A DNA stretch of 64,000 nt from an uncultured Armatimonadia bacterium (GCA_963749155.1 CAVVLO010000002.1:896001-960000); one strand, 5' to 3'. Shown: positions 1 through 11,227, numbered from the stretch's first letter. The notes: generated from the sequence alone by a model not told the origin. A program made the numbers and translations.

Positions 1-1
1 G

Positions 2-2095
2 CACAGGATTCACCTTGCCGGCAAGCCTGCCCACATATTGGGTCACAAGCGGCGTACTGGTAAAGGGATCCCAGTGCAGGTTCGTGCCAAATATCGGCGC
101 GAATTCTGTCTGGCCGGACTCCGGCGTACCGATGCGACGCAGCAAAGCGCTCGCGGCGATATTAAGTTCGGAGCCAGCGCCAAGCACCTCAATCGGCACG
201 TTACCGGCGTTCAACACTCGCAGGTATTCGTCCTGGGAGAAGCGGTAGGGCCCATAAGGCGCAGTCGCATCGACCCCTGGCGAAACGAGGCCAAGGTCGA
301 TGGTGTTTTGATCGGTATCCGCCGAGAAGACCTGCGGTACAGAGACGCGCAGGTTGACCAGGTCATAGTCTTCACCCAGAGCGACATTCTGCTGTCCATA
401 AAGCGGAGCCCCACAGATGGGACATTCACCAGGATGCTCCGAGGCGTCTACTTTTTCGCCGCAGAAGGGACAGATCATAAAGTCGCCCGAGACTGTGAAG
501 TCGTTATCGCCAACGCTCGACAGGCCATCTCCAAGCACGTCCGAGAAGGCGCGCAGGCTGCCCCAATAAGCGGCCGGGACTCCTTCAGAGGCCAGAAGCT
601 GTGATATGGCTGAAGAACCGGCTGTATAATTCAGGCCATAGGCATCGCCGCTGGGCGGCTGGAAGTTGGGCACTCCAATGCTTACCCTGATACTCATTGC
701 GCCCCGGTTCTCGACCCTCGGCAGGTTCGGGTTGGTGGCACTTGCACCCTGGGTTGGATCCATCGGATTATCAGCATAAGTCGCATCAGCCTCAACTCGG
801 CTGTTGCCCCAACCACTCCAGACAGTCCACACCTCGGGCGAGACGGTAACATCCTGCCTGGTGAGCGGCACGGGCTGTTCCCAGTTGCCGGCATTACCAG
901 GATACGGCCAGGGGATCTCGGACGTAGCCAGTGACTTGGCCAGGCTATACTTGACTTCAGTCACATTGGAATTGCCGCCATCGCTCCAGGTATCAAAGGT
1001 GAAGCGGGTGGAAATATCCTCGGCATCGGTGCCAGTCCGCACTTCCAGACGCAAACTGTCGATAGCAATTGTGACGCCAGCCAACTGGTTGAAACGCGAA
1101 CGGCCCGCGTCATAATCTCCGTCATCTTCGAAGCAAAGCAAATCATACTGGGTGGCTGTATCAAAGCTGATAGTCCAGTGGCGGGTATGCATATCGATAC
1201 TTCCGCTGGCATCAGGCTGTACCCAAAGGCGCACATGGGCATTGCCCGGGCCATCCAGTTTCACCGGCATCGTGAAATAGGAAGCTTCCCGGTTTTCGAG
1301 CCGGATCCACTTGAGCTCGCTGCGCGCGCCCGGCCGCACTCCAGTGTCGTCCTGCGAGAAGGTCGTGATATCCACAAAGGGATCGGCATTTACGCGCGTA
1401 TTGGGATTGCGCAGGTCGAAGAGTTCGCTTATCTGCTCTACTGGCCTGTCGTTGGCACCGGGATTACCGTTTGGCTCGTCATAGTAATAACCAGGTGTAT
1501 CTACGCTACTGACAAAGAAGTCTGTCTTCAGCTCCGGCCAGTAGTCCCACCAGAACACGGTATCATTCGGGTCGGCGAAGGGATACATATACTCTGACTT
1601 CACATACCCAACATGGCCCTCAGTGCCAGCCCTTCGGAAAGCAGAACCTGCCTGCGGTGGCATCACAGTCGGGTCGGTCGGGTAGATGAAAGGCCCTGCG
1701 CCAGTTACGTTGATATAGTCATCTTCAGGCCTGGCTGCGCCTTGCGGTGGGGCCAGGAACCGCTGACCAGGCCGAGTGATGATATCTCCGCCTCCAGGCA
1801 GTGTCTTGCTGAAAGGCGCAAGCGTGGCGCCTGGCACTCCCCCAACAGGGGGTATCTGCGCGCCTGGCTGGTTGGTGTAGAAGACATAAAAATCTCCACC
1901 TGTCGGCCAGAGAGTAGCCGCCGCGCCGCGGTCACGCACCATAAAACTGACTTCATTTACATAGATGTTTGCCGAAGCGCCCATTGGCGCGTTAAGGTCC
2001 AGGTTGACCGTTACCCCGGGTATCAGATTGAGATTGGCGTAGGAAAGGCCTCCTGGATCGAAAAACATATCCATCCACATATAGCCATCAGAACC
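2..2095 (-). CDS. C-terminal continuation (open to the window edge) of a giant exported protein of the pilin cassette; contains a CxxC..CxxC zinc-ribbon-like motif
   Basis: Manual translation: the minus frame is stop-free from 2146 to base 2 (GSDGYMWMDMFFDPGGLSY...ICPFCGEKVDASEHPGECPICGAPL...AGKVNPV). It is absent from the ORF track because no stop lies in the window. It joins ORF 2088..3257 by a +1 shift near 2094-2096. Confidence 0.85.
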
Positions 2096-3248
2096 CAGTG
2101 GCTGTGTAGACAAAAATATCCGGGAAGAAAGGTGGTAGACCCGGAATCAGCATGGTGAGAGTGACATTATAGACAACCGGCTCCCAGGCCTGCGTGTCAG
2201 GGCCAGAGAACCAGGCGGGCAATTCGCCATTCAGGTCTGCAGGCGACAGATTCGCGAAACCAGGATCTGCCGGGTCAACCAGCTCGGTGTAAAGGGCCAG
2301 GTCAGGTTCCCACAAGGCGCCTGTGGTGTTGTCAACACGCACCGATACGAACTGGTCATTGTCATAAGTAGCGCCAGCGTGGGTGTCGGTTTCCCATATG
2401 CTTCCGATACCGGCATATTCATAGCCAAGACCATGTGGGCCAGTGCCACCTGGCGTTGGATACAGCAACACATAGGCATTTTCGTGTTCGTCGCCTGCCG
2501 GCGCATCCAGGAAACGCACAAACCAGGGCATTGCCTGATGGGTCACAGGATGCTCCGGACTAGTAGGAGTGATTACATTATTAGTGTTTACAAGCGACAT
2601 CAGGACATTGGCGTCAGCCGTGGCAGTGAGATGCCTGCGAGGCGGGGTCGAGGTCGGCACCATCCCGGGTTGGACCAGTTCAAGGCGTACGCGCGGGTTG
2701 CCCCCTGTAAACTGCCCCCAGATATCGGAGGGATAGAGTTGCTCGTTCTGCAGCCCGTCTCCGGCTGCATCAAAGTCACCAATTGACAGGAAGAAAGGAT
2801 CGCCCGGATGCAGTGGATGCCAGGGCAGCAAGTTGTCGCCGGAGATATTGTAAGCAGTGAAAGTCCACTGGTCTCCATCGGAGGCGAAGACATTGAGCAT
2901 TACCGAAAGCCCATTGCCCACGAGCGGCGTGCCGAGGGCTTCTGTATCGATAACCGGACCAGAAGCCAGGCGCAGAGTCGCGTTGCCGCCATTAACTTCA
3001 ACCTCGTAATCATCTGGCACGAGGCTCTTGGCATCTACGACGCGTAGATACTCGAGGCCTCCAAGGCTCGTGTTGCCGGGGTCGGGCACCGGATAACTAA
3101 GGCGAGGCCTGGAATTGCCTCTCCAGATGGTCCCATTACGGTCCTGACCCAAATCTACTCTCAGATAGGGATCAGCCCCGACCAATGTGGCCAGGCTTGT
3201 CAGCAGGGCCACCAGTATTATCAGTCTTGCACCAAGGCGCTGTATCAC
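2088..3248 (-). CDS. N-terminal part of the giant exported protein (Sec signal peptide), frameshifted at about 2095
   Basis: ORF 2088..3257; the GTG at 3248 has the better-spaced RBS (GAGGGAG). Signal peptide IQRLGARLIILVALLTSLATLVGA|DP; composition rich in D/P/G/T. Confidence 0.8.
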   Translation of the reverse strand: MIQRLGARLIILVALLTSLATLVGADPYLRVDLGQDRNGTIWRGNSRPRLSYPVPDPGNTSLGGLEYLRVVDAKSLVPDDYEVEVNGGNATLRLASGPVIDTEALGTPLVGNGLSVMLNVFASDGDQWTFTAYNISGDNLLPWHPLHPGDPFFLSIGDFDAAGDGLQNEQLYPSDIWGQFTGGNPRVRLELVQPGMVPTSTPPRRHLTATADANVLMSLVNTNNVITPTSPEHPVTHQAMPWFVRFLDAPAGDEHENAYVLLYPTPGGTGPHGLGYEYAGIGSIWETDTHAGATYDNDQFVSVRVDNTTGALWEPDLALYTELVDPADPGFANLSPADLNGELPAWFSGPDTQAWEPVVYNVTLTMLIPGLPPFFPDIFVYTATGF

Positions 3249-3320
3249 TGCTCTCACTCCCTCAGCCGAAACAAACTCGACTCGAGCCGGACCGGCCTTC
3301 AGGCCGCTCCGTGGGCAACA

Positions 3321-6300
3321 CTATCTGCGTATGACGCAGGCAGGCTGCTCGATGGGGTAGGTCTTGGCGTCTTCCGCCAACAAGTTCGGATCAGGCATAA
3401 CTTCCAGGATGACCTTTGCCGGCGCGGCCGGCCCAGTCAACTCGAGCACTTCGCTTGAGCGCATATTCCAGCCTGTTGGGTTGTAGCAGTGGTTCACAAT
3501 CAGGTAGTTATTGCTGTCAAGCTGCTCGGCCCATATGGGCTTGAAGGCCTTCCACGGAGCGCCCGGCCCAGGACCGATATTGTCGACACCTGGATCGGCA
3601 TAATAATCGGCTGCCGTGTAAGACCAGATAAGCTGGTTGGTGATGGCGTCTACCACGAAGACACCCTGAATAAGGTCTTCGAAGTCGGCATCGTTGTTTA
3701 CATACTGGGCTGGGGTAGGCGCGCCGCCGGTCCAGTTGTTTATGTCGCGCTCGTACATCGAGCCGACCAGGATAAGCCGGCCGTCTCGCTGGATGCGCAC
3801 CATCTGGATATGGCCCATCCGGGTCGCGAAGAACATCGGTATAGGTATGGGATGTCCGCTGCCTCCGGCCATGGTAAAAGCTGTACCTGCCGTATATTCG
3901 GCAGCTCCATAAGGCGGTGTGGCCATCATCAGGGGAATCAAAGAAGCTGGATCAAGATTCAATACCCGGTTGATACGGCATACCCGCCCATCATTCTCGA
4001 CCCCTGCCAGCACCTGAAGACTAAGCTGGCTAACCCAGCCGGAACCGGCCATCAGATAATTCACAGTTGTAGGCTTGTTGATGGTCACGGTCGAATACCG
4101 GGCCGCGAAGGGCCGGTCTACTCCAGGCATCAAAGCCCAGGTAGACGAGAGGACGAACGTCGGCGAAGTGATATCTGGCCTGCTTTCGTAGTGGACGGTG
4201 GCAAGCAGCCGGTGGTTGCCCTGATCGGCCACCACGGTAATAAGCAAGTAATCGTCCACAAGCCCATCGCCATTGAAGTCTACAGGCAGCTCTTCCCGGT
4301 CCACGTTAACCGGATCTCTCACATCGAGGATGTCCGAGTTGAAACGCCCAGCATTGTCTACCGGCCAGATGAGCTGACCGCCGCGATCAAACTCGACCAC
4401 GCGGTTGTTGCCCGTATCAGCCACCAGCAAGTTGCCTGTATGGAGGAGCTTCATAGCCTGAGGGCGATTGAAGCTGCGCTCGGCATTGGCGTCCATATAG
4501 CCTGCCGGAGCAACCTCTCGCGTGCCTACGGCTTCCCAGGTGACCTTGCCATTGCCCGCCAGTTCGACGATGCGGTTGTTGTCCGCTATCAAGGTCTCTG
4601 CGCTATACAGACCAACCAGGAAACCACTGTCATAGGTCGCGCCATCGTGCATCTCGGCGGTTGTATAAAGCCCACCCGAGCCAGGTGAAGCAGCGGCGCT
4701 GAAGACCGCCGTCACGCCGGGAGCGCCCATAAGGTTCTCGAAGTAGTTGCGGAAGTTCGCCCTCGGCCAGACATACGGGCGCACGCTGTCCTCGCTCGGA
4801 TCCCATTCCAGAGAAAGCAGCCGGCCGTCATCAGGCACCCCATCGAGGTTGAGATCCTCGCCAGTTGGCGCGGTACCCGTGTGGATGAGGAAGTTGGTCG
4901 CCGAAAGCGAGCCGCGGGTTGGCCCCACATCATAAGGCAGGAAGTGCATCTCCTGATGGGTGGTGCCACCCAGGTCATCGTAAGTAACGAGGACCTTGCG
5001 CCCCTCATAAGGATCGGCGCCCGCATTCAGCTCGATTTTGCCGGTATCTCCATCAACATTCGCGATAACAGCGCTGATATCCACAAGCCCGGTCGGGGTG
5101 TAGACCTCGAGGGTAGTGGCCACACCCGTATCGATTGGATATCGATGGGTCTGTAGCACATAGGGAGTATAAATCCAGCGCGCCAGGTCGGTCTTGGAGC
5201 GCACGACCTCTACACCATCCACCTCAACGATAAGCTCGCGGTTGTAGATGGAGCCGCACCTGCAATCTATCAGATCACCGGTCGCAAGCTCCTTCAACCC
5301 GATGATATTGCCAGCGGCCTTGGCATCGAAGAGGATGACCCCGTTTTCGTAATCCACGACATACTGATCGCCGCGGACGACGAAGGGATTCCCCGGCTCG
5401 AGTGGATCGGGTATCAGGCACTCGACAGTGGAAAGCTCGCTGACACCGACATTCGAGAACTTTATGGCTAGCGGCGCATCGAGTTGAAGCGCGGCGATGC
5501 CGGGCCATTCGAGGCCGGGCAGGCCCCCGCTGACATCCCACCAGTGAGCCTGCATGATGGGCGTCCTGTCGAGCCAGGCCATATTGCCGTCGAGATACCA
5601 GGACTGCAATTCATCACTAGGTTGCAGGCCCATCGATTCGGGATTGAAGGACCAGACAGGCTTGCCTGTCTCCGAATCAAGCCAGCGCCCGTTGGAAATC
5701 GACTCAGGCTGACCTGCGGTTACCGCAGGGCTGGTTGGCGCGAGGGTGCCCAGGGTGGTGACGATGGCATCGCCGCTGCCCATCTGGCGCACCCCGGTAA
5801 AGCTTTCGGTATGCGAGCCACCGCTGCCATAAGTTATATCCCAGTCGCCGCCACTGGCGCCTTCGACCACCACTATACCTGTCAGCGGATCGAAAGTATT
5901 ACTTGCGCGAACTTTTACAGTCTGCGTGCCAACGGTATCAGCGTCGATATCCCGGGTTGTGTCAATCGGCGCCTGCGTAAGCGTAACATGCCTTACAGCG
6001 CCTCCCTGCAGATAATCAAGCTGGACTACCTGCTGGTCATCGGGCGTATCAGGCGTGCGATATATCGTCCGATAGATAGCCGAACAACCGGCAGGCACCG
6101 TCACATCCACACTGCCAGGCCCTGTTACGACAACGCTTAGCCCGTTCGCTTCAACCTTTACAGGCTCGACATGGACATCGCCCAGGCCGCTTGGATCGGC
6201 ATCGAAGCCGAACTCGATTGGCTGGTTGGAGACCCGGTAGATGCCACCGGCGCCATCGGTCCACTTTTCGGGCGTATGAATCCAGTGCATCTCGTTATCT

Positions 6301-8432
6301 ATGGTTGTTCCGGAGCTGGTCGTATAATCAAACCGCACTCTGTGGCCCTGATAGGTGCCGGATATTAGCAAATGGTTGGTCTGGGCCGGGTCGGGAATAT
6401 AGTCCACGCCATCAACCAGCGCTACCCAGTTGCCAGGGGTCATCTCGACTTCTACCGAAGTGGTAGTGTTGCCCTGGCCGCCTTGCCATTCATACACTCG
6501 ATACGCCCAGGCCTTCGTCCAGCCATTGGGATTATCAAAGGTGGGATAATCGTCAAGGTCGATTTCTTCACCTGGATCGATCTGGTAGGTCGTCCCCCCA
6601 TAAGCCGTCAGGGTCAAGGTATCGGTCATTGCGTTGTTGACTTCGCGCCGAACAGCGGCAACGCTCGGAGCAGGGGGCTTGCGCCAGTCGGCTACGGCAT
6701 CAGCCGTGTTGGTAAGAGGCCCGACGTGAGAACGCTTTGCGCTGCCGTCTCCATAGGTGGCAGAAGGATCGGGATACTCCCAGACCAGATCGCCAGTAGC
6801 CAGCTCATAAGCACGGAAGCCCGTTACCTGGGCTGTGGTGAGGGAATCCTCATATTCACAGGCCACGTAGACCACATTGCTGTGTAACACAGGGCTCGAG
6901 ATGGCAACCGGGGTTGGCTCCGAGCCTGGGTTGTCGCCAATAATCTCATCCCAAAGCAACTGGGGCGCATTGAGCGGGTTGGGCCTGGCCAGATAAGCCC
7001 CGATATAGCCTTCCTGTGCCCCTGGGTCTTGCGTGGTGAACACGACAACATCCAGGTTGGGCGTAACTGGTGGCGGGGCAGCCGGATCTTCAACCGTGCC
7101 TACGGCGGGCGAATTATAAAGAGCTACGCCCGGCATTGTGTCAGTCCAGAGGGCATCGGCCGGCGAGCCGGTGACATAATCGGCTACGCCATCATCCGCA
7201 TAACCGTCGTTGTCCAGATCGCCCTTGGGAGCAGCATCAAAGGCTCCCACCAGGGAGTTGCCCACCACATAATCAGGTTCATCGCGCATCATATACACGA
7301 CGCCCTTGTATTCGGTTGGCGTCGACCGCGATGGGCCAGCAAGTGGAGCATACCAGCGCAGCGAAAGAGGCAAGGTCAGATCTTCGATGCTGCTGGCATA
7401 ATGGCGCGGCACAGCGCCCTGCTGGGTCCATTTGCCACTCAGGTTGCAGGAGTTGTAAAGCAGCTTGATGTCGCCGACTGTGCTGTCCGGTGGGGCTGTA
7501 AGGCCTATCTCCATCCAGCTGCTGACATCGCAGAAGACATCGCAGCCAGACATTATTACATTGCCACTGCCATAAGCGCCGCGCACCAGAGTGGCATCTC
7601 CGCCAATCTGCACGACCTGGTGCATCTCCTGCGGGTCATAATCGGTGACCCAGTCGGTGCCCCAGGTGGTATCTCCCATATTGGCTATCTCATAGGTAGA
7701 CAGCTCGAAGGGCGTGGTCAACATAGCGTCGGAAGGGTCCACCGCATATTTCCAGTAGACACCTGGCATACTGGCGCCGCCATCATCGAAGAACTGCAGA
7801 CGCGTGATAAAGCGAGAGGAGTCCTCCACAAAAGTGCCTGACGTATTGTTGTAGCCGATACGCGCGCCGTGGCAGTTGTCAATCCACAAGGTCGCGCCCG
7901 CATCTACGATCTGCTTCAGATACCGCAGGTCGTTGTCGCTGAACACGACCGGATGGTGAGTTGTAATCAGTACCAGGTCGAAGTTGCCAAGTTGGGTAAC
8001 AGTAGAGGCGTTAAGCGGTACTTCCCAATACTGAGGCATCTCCTTGCTTATAAGTCCGCCGGGCGCAGCAAAGGTCCAGGGCTTGTAGAGGCCTGTCATA
8101 CCCCAATAGCCAGCTTGGGAAGCAGGTGTACCGGCGCCTCCTCCTGCGTGACCTCCGTCAAGCCACCAGTCCCAAATCTGTTGCGTGACCAGAATTGGCG
8201 CCAGGGGATTGTCAAAATCCCAGTTGGCTGGCAGGAAGTTGGACCTGCGCATCGCCAGTATGATATTCGGATCAGGGTTCTCCCAGTTGGTCGACTGGAT
8301 AAGCAACTGGCAGACCTTGAACGTATGCTTCTTCTGAGTTGGATAGTTGAAGATTTGCGCCAGGGCGCCGGTAGCGAAGCTAGCCAGCAATCCCATCAAG
8401 ATAAGCGTAATCAGCACGCGCGACTTCTTCAT
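3321..8432 (-). CDS. 1,703-aa exported PilY1-like protein: DUF4159/GATase-like N-domain, PQQ-like and NHL-like beta-propeller motifs, DxDxDG loops
   Basis: Start MKKSRV at 8432 with AGGGGG RBS; signal peptide ...FATGALA|Q; motifs SSPVLHSNVVYV, GDLVWEYP, FNRPQAMKLLHTGNLLVADTGNNRVVEFD, DLDNDG, DLNLDG, DFNGDG; lies directly after the PilX-like gene. Confidence 0.7.
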   Translation of the reverse strand: MKKSRVLITLILMGLLASFATGALAQIFNYPTQKKHTFKVCQLLIQSTNWENPDPNIILAMRRSNFLPANWDFDNPLAPILVTQQIWDWWLDGGHAGGGAGTPASQAGYWGMTGLYKPWTFAAPGGLISKEMPQYWEVPLNASTVTQLGNFDLVLITTHHPVVFSDNDLRYLKQIVDAGATLWIDNCHGARIGYNNTSGTFVEDSSRFITRLQFFDDGGASMPGVYWKYAVDPSDAMLTTPFELSTYEIANMGDTTWGTDWVTDYDPQEMHQVVQIGGDATLVRGAYGSGNVIMSGCDVFCDVSSWMEIGLTAPPDSTVGDIKLLYNSCNLSGKWTQQGAVPRHYASSIEDLTLPLSLRWYAPLAGPSRSTPTEYKGVVYMMRDEPDYVVGNSLVGAFDAAPKGDLDNDGYADDGVADYVTGSPADALWTDTMPGVALYNSPAVGTVEDPAAPPPVTPNLDVVVFTTQDPGAQEGYIGAYLARPNPLNAPQLLWDEIIGDNPGSEPTPVAISSPVLHSNVVYVACEYEDSLTTAQVTGFRAYELATGDLVWEYPDPSATYGDGSAKRSHVGPLTNTADAVADWRKPPAPSVAAVRREVNNAMTDTLTLTAYGGTTYQIDPGEEIDLDDYPTFDNPNGWTKAWAYRVYEWQGGQGNTTTSVEVEMTPGNWVALVDGVDYIPDPAQTNHLLISGTYQGHRVRFDYTTSSGTTIDNEMHWIHTPEKWTDGAGGIYRVSNQPIEFGFDADPSGLGDVHVEPVKVEANGLSVVVTGPGSVDVTVPAGCSAIYRTIYRTPDTPDDQQVVQLDYLQGGAVRHVTLTQAPIDTTRDIDADTVGTQTVKVRASNTFDPLTGIVVVEGASGGDWDITYGSGGSHTESFTGVRQMGSGDAIVTTLGTLAPTSPAVTAGQPESISNGRWLDSETGKPVWSFNPESMGLQPSDELQSWYLDGNMAWLDRTPIMQAHWWDVSGGLPGLEWPGIAALQLDAPLAIKFSNVGVSELSTVECLIPDPLEPGNPFVVRGDQYVVDYENGVILFDAKAAGNIIGLKELATGDLIDCRCGSIYNRELIVEVDGVEVVRSKTDLARWIYTPYVLQTHRYPIDTGVATTLEVYTPTGLVDISAVIANVDGDTGKIELNAGADPYEGRKVLVTYDDLGGTTHQEMHFLPYDVGPTRGSLSATNFLIHTGTAPTGEDLNLDGVPDDGRLLSLEWDPSEDSVRPYVWPRANFRNYFENLMGAPGVTAVFSAAASPGSGGLYTTAEMHDGATYDSGFLVGLYSAETLIADNNRIVELAGNGKVTWEAVGTREVAPAGYMDANAERSFNRPQAMKLLHTGNLLVADTGNNRVVEFDRGGQLIWPVDNAGRFNSDILDVRDPVNVDREELPVDFNGDGLVDDYLLITVVADQGNHRLLATVHYESRPDITSPTFVLSSTWALMPGVDRPFAARYSTVTINKPTTVNYLMAGSGWVSQLSLQVLAGVENDGRVCRINRVLNLDPASLIPLMMATPPYGAAEYTAGTAFTMAGGSGHPIPIPMFFATRMGHIQMVRIQRDGRLILVGSMYERDINNWTGGAPTPAQYVNNDADFEDLIQGVFVVDAITNQLIWSYTAADYYADPGVDNIGPGPGAPWKAFKPIWAEQLDSNNYLIVNHCYNPTGWNMRSSEVLELTGPAAPAKVILEVMPDPNLLAEDAKTYPIEQPACVIRR

Positions 8433-8530
8433 TGGCTTTTCCCCCTGGACCCCACGGGTCAAGGTACAGACGAAGTTCAAGTCCTTCGAGCCTGGCTCGA
8501 AAGCAGCGTCCAGCTAAACTCTGCCAGGAG

Positions 8531-11227
8531 CTATTGCTCCTCGCTCATTATCAGCATGGGCGCGCAAGGCAGCGCCGGTAGCCTGGGCAAGTTCTCTTCG
8601 GCCAGGTCCAGTGTGCCATTAAGGTTATTCCACCTGTTCATCCTCAACGAGTCATCGAAGGCATAGTCAACCGAGCGCCAGGTACCGGTTCCCGAGCGGT
8701 AATAGGACCACTTGTTGGCCCAGTCCTGGACCAGGCTCATTGGGGCCGTGTAGTTTTGCGATATGGCGCCGTTGATGCGCACCCCATAGTTGTAGCGCAG
8801 GAAGCGCTGGGTCAGGCTGTTGCGATCTTCGCCCGCGTCCATTACACCGTTGTAGTTCAGGTCGAACCAGGTGTAAGTCAGGTCGGCAAGGCGCTCGTCC
8901 CACCATTCGCCCGGCACGATTGCAAAAGTGCCCTCTTCGGCGTAGATAAGCGCGCTGATAGTCAGGATAAGACCAGGCCCGGCAGGCGCCATCGTGCCAC
9001 CGCTTGCCGCCAGTCGCTCCAGCTTCCAGTTGGCATGGTAGTAGTTGAAGCTGCTGGTATCCGCAAGCCGCACCTGGTAGCGCGCGCCTGCTGTGTTATC
9101 GAAGTAATCCTGGTCGGCGCCGGCTGCGGTGTCCGCCGGGAAGGAACGCAGCTCCCAGGCGGGATACACGGCATTCGACTGCCAGGGCGCAGGGCCTGGC
9201 GGATTGGGCAGCGGGGGGTCGTTGAAGACATAATTGGTAATGCCCCCGCCCAGATCGAAGTCATACAGAGTATTGGCGGTCGTTGCGCCTGTCAGCAGAT
9301 TGGTAGACTGCACTCCAAGTGCCACTCCCCCGGTGAAGCTGCCGGTAGGCAACGGGGTGGACTCGCTGAATTCGGCGCAGTGAAGCATCGTGAAATACAG
9401 GTCGCTGCCGGCTGGGACATCCCCGGCGAGCGAGCGGCCGTTGAGCCAGTTGACCAGTATCCCAGCACCGGGCTTAACCCGGTAATGGCGCGGATCCATA
9501 GGCGCAAGCTGCTCGCGCTTTATGAGCACGGTCTCCGGCGCCGCTTCGGCCATTGCCGAGGGATCTACCAGTACATGCTGGCGCGCCAGTAGCGCGCAAG
9601 CCGAGTTCTCATAATCATAGAGGTCGATGCCTGGATCCACATCAGAGGGCCTCAGCAAGCTGCCCTTGATGATAATCGAGCCATCAGACACGACCGTCAG
9701 GCTTCTGGGCTGGGCCAAAGTGGACTCGCCAAGCAATCCCCAGACTTTTACGTTGCCCTGAGCGTAGATGACCCCGTTTTCAGGATAAGGATAAGCCAGC
9801 CAGCCGCTCCGCTCTTCGGCGCTGCGGTTTTCGTCGTAATCGCTTCTCTTGACCCAGATATCATCGGGAGTAATGTACAGCTCTACCGAGGGCGCCTTGG
9901 CGATATCTACCAGCTCATAATTGCGCTGGCTCCAGCGGCCCGGCTCGTTGAGGGCCAAAGGCATTTTCGGTTTGCCTGCCGAATCGCGTGGCTGGGTGGT
10001 ATCCACGAGATCAGTGCCGTTGTTTATCAGGTAAGGCGCGCTGGTCTGGATATCGTCCGCCAGATTGCCAGGTGTACCGTTGTCATCGAAATACCACTTG
10101 CCCGCATCTCCGCCACCCGAGGTAGCCTGGGTATAAAGCTCATCAGCCCTGAGGCCTTCCAGCGCGAGCGCCATATACCGGCTGACATTGCCACTGCGCG
10201 CGGAATTGGTTCCCAGGCTGGGCGGTTCGACATAATCAACCGACCGCTCGGGATTCACTGTCGCATTGTTGGTCGCAAGCGAATCGAGATAGGTGCCGTC
10301 GCCGAAAGTGTCAGGCATAACGTCGAAGGTAGGCGCAATACTTGGTACCGCCGGCACAAAGCCGCCCCCATCAACGCTGACATCGACCGAGGTGTTGGCA
10401 TCGGCATTTATGATATTTCCCGCGACCAGAAAATCGTCGCCGCGCAGAATATCGGGATCTCCACTATCGGAGAACAGGCTGAGCCGGTTGACGCCGTGCC
10501 AGAGCAGGTCGGTATTGATCCGGATTGGGCCCTGCCAGGCGCTGGCGACATCTTCCGTGGCGCCGTCGTAAGCGCCATTCTGATTGTAGTCAATCCAGGG
10601 ATTAAGCCCGAACTCGGCCGCAGCCCCGCTCCGGTCCTTATTGGTAATAAAGAGCATATAGTCGGTAAGCAGGATCGGCTTGTAGGCGACCACTCTGCGG
10701 AAAACCGAAGGGTCGTCGTCCACGCGGCCTATACAGGTTATCTTGATGAAGCGCGATAGCTCGGCGCGCCTTTGCCGCTCGAGGGCGGAAAGGCCAGCAG
10801 GCTCTGCCAGTTGCCCATGAGGCCAGTATTCGACCTTGAGCAAGTAGTGGCCACGCCCAAATTCGGGGTTATCGGGGCTGTACGGATCGGGATAACGCGT
10901 GAAGCCCTGAGCGGCCCAACCGCGCAAGTCCTCGATCTCGTCATAATAGCCCGCGAAGAGTGGACTCGCCGGATCTGGCGCTGGCTCTGGCCGCCAATCG
11001 GCGCCGCGTGGACTGGTGGTGAGCATCCTGTCCGCGTAGCGCAGTCCCGCTTCAGCGAGGTTTTGGGCGACCAGCCCTGACTCGGTCCTCGTCGTCGTCT
11101 GCATGTTGAAGGCGACCGTCGCGACGAAAGCCGCGGCGATGAGCGCCAGCATCAACATCAGTATGACGGCGAGTAGCAGCGCCTGGCCACTCTCTTCCGA
11201 CTTGCTTGTCAACCTGTTTGCTTTCAT
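8531..11227 (-). CDS. Giant PilX/GspK-like minor pilin (898 aa)
   Basis: Class III signal EESG|QALLLAVILMLML lacking Glu5, followed by AQNLAEAGLRYA, the typical PilX N-terminus. Confidence 0.8.
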   Translation of the reverse strand: MKANRLTSKSEESGQALLLAVILMLMLALIAAAFVATVAFNMQTTTRTESGLVAQNLAEAGLRYADRMLTTSPRGADWRPEPAPDPASPLFAGYYDEIEDLRGWAAQGFTRYPDPYSPDNPEFGRGHYLLKVEYWPHGQLAEPAGLSALERQRRAELSRFIKITCIGRVDDDPSVFRRVVAYKPILLTDYMLFITNKDRSGAAAEFGLNPWIDYNQNGAYDGATEDVASAWQGPIRINTDLLWHGVNRLSLFSDSGDPDILRGDDFLVAGNIINADANTSVDVSVDGGGFVPAVPSIAPTFDVMPDTFGDGTYLDSLATNNATVNPERSVDYVEPPSLGTNSARSGNVSRYMALALEGLRADELYTQATSGGGDAGKWYFDDNGTPGNLADDIQTSAPYLINNGTDLVDTTQPRDSAGKPKMPLALNEPGRWSQRNYELVDIAKAPSVELYITPDDIWVKRSDYDENRSAEERSGWLAYPYPENGVIYAQGNVKVWGLLGESTLAQPRSLTVVSDGSIIIKGSLLRPSDVDPGIDLYDYENSACALLARQHVLVDPSAMAEAAPETVLIKREQLAPMDPRHYRVKPGAGILVNWLNGRSLAGDVPAGSDLYFTMLHCAEFSESTPLPTGSFTGGVALGVQSTNLLTGATTANTLYDFDLGGGITNYVFNDPPLPNPPGPAPWQSNAVYPAWELRSFPADTAAGADQDYFDNTAGARYQVRLADTSSFNYYHANWKLERLAASGGTMAPAGPGLILTISALIYAEEGTFAIVPGEWWDERLADLTYTWFDLNYNGVMDAGEDRNSLTQRFLRYNYGVRINGAISQNYTAPMSLVQDWANKWSYYRSGTGTWRSVDYAFDDSLRMNRWNNLNGTLDLAEENLPRLPALPCAPMLIMSEEQ

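Noticed and set aside
5365..10445. RGD tripeptides in the 1,703-aa and 898-aa proteins
   Set aside because: Expected by chance in long proteins from a GC-rich genome; no evidence of a host-integrin context.
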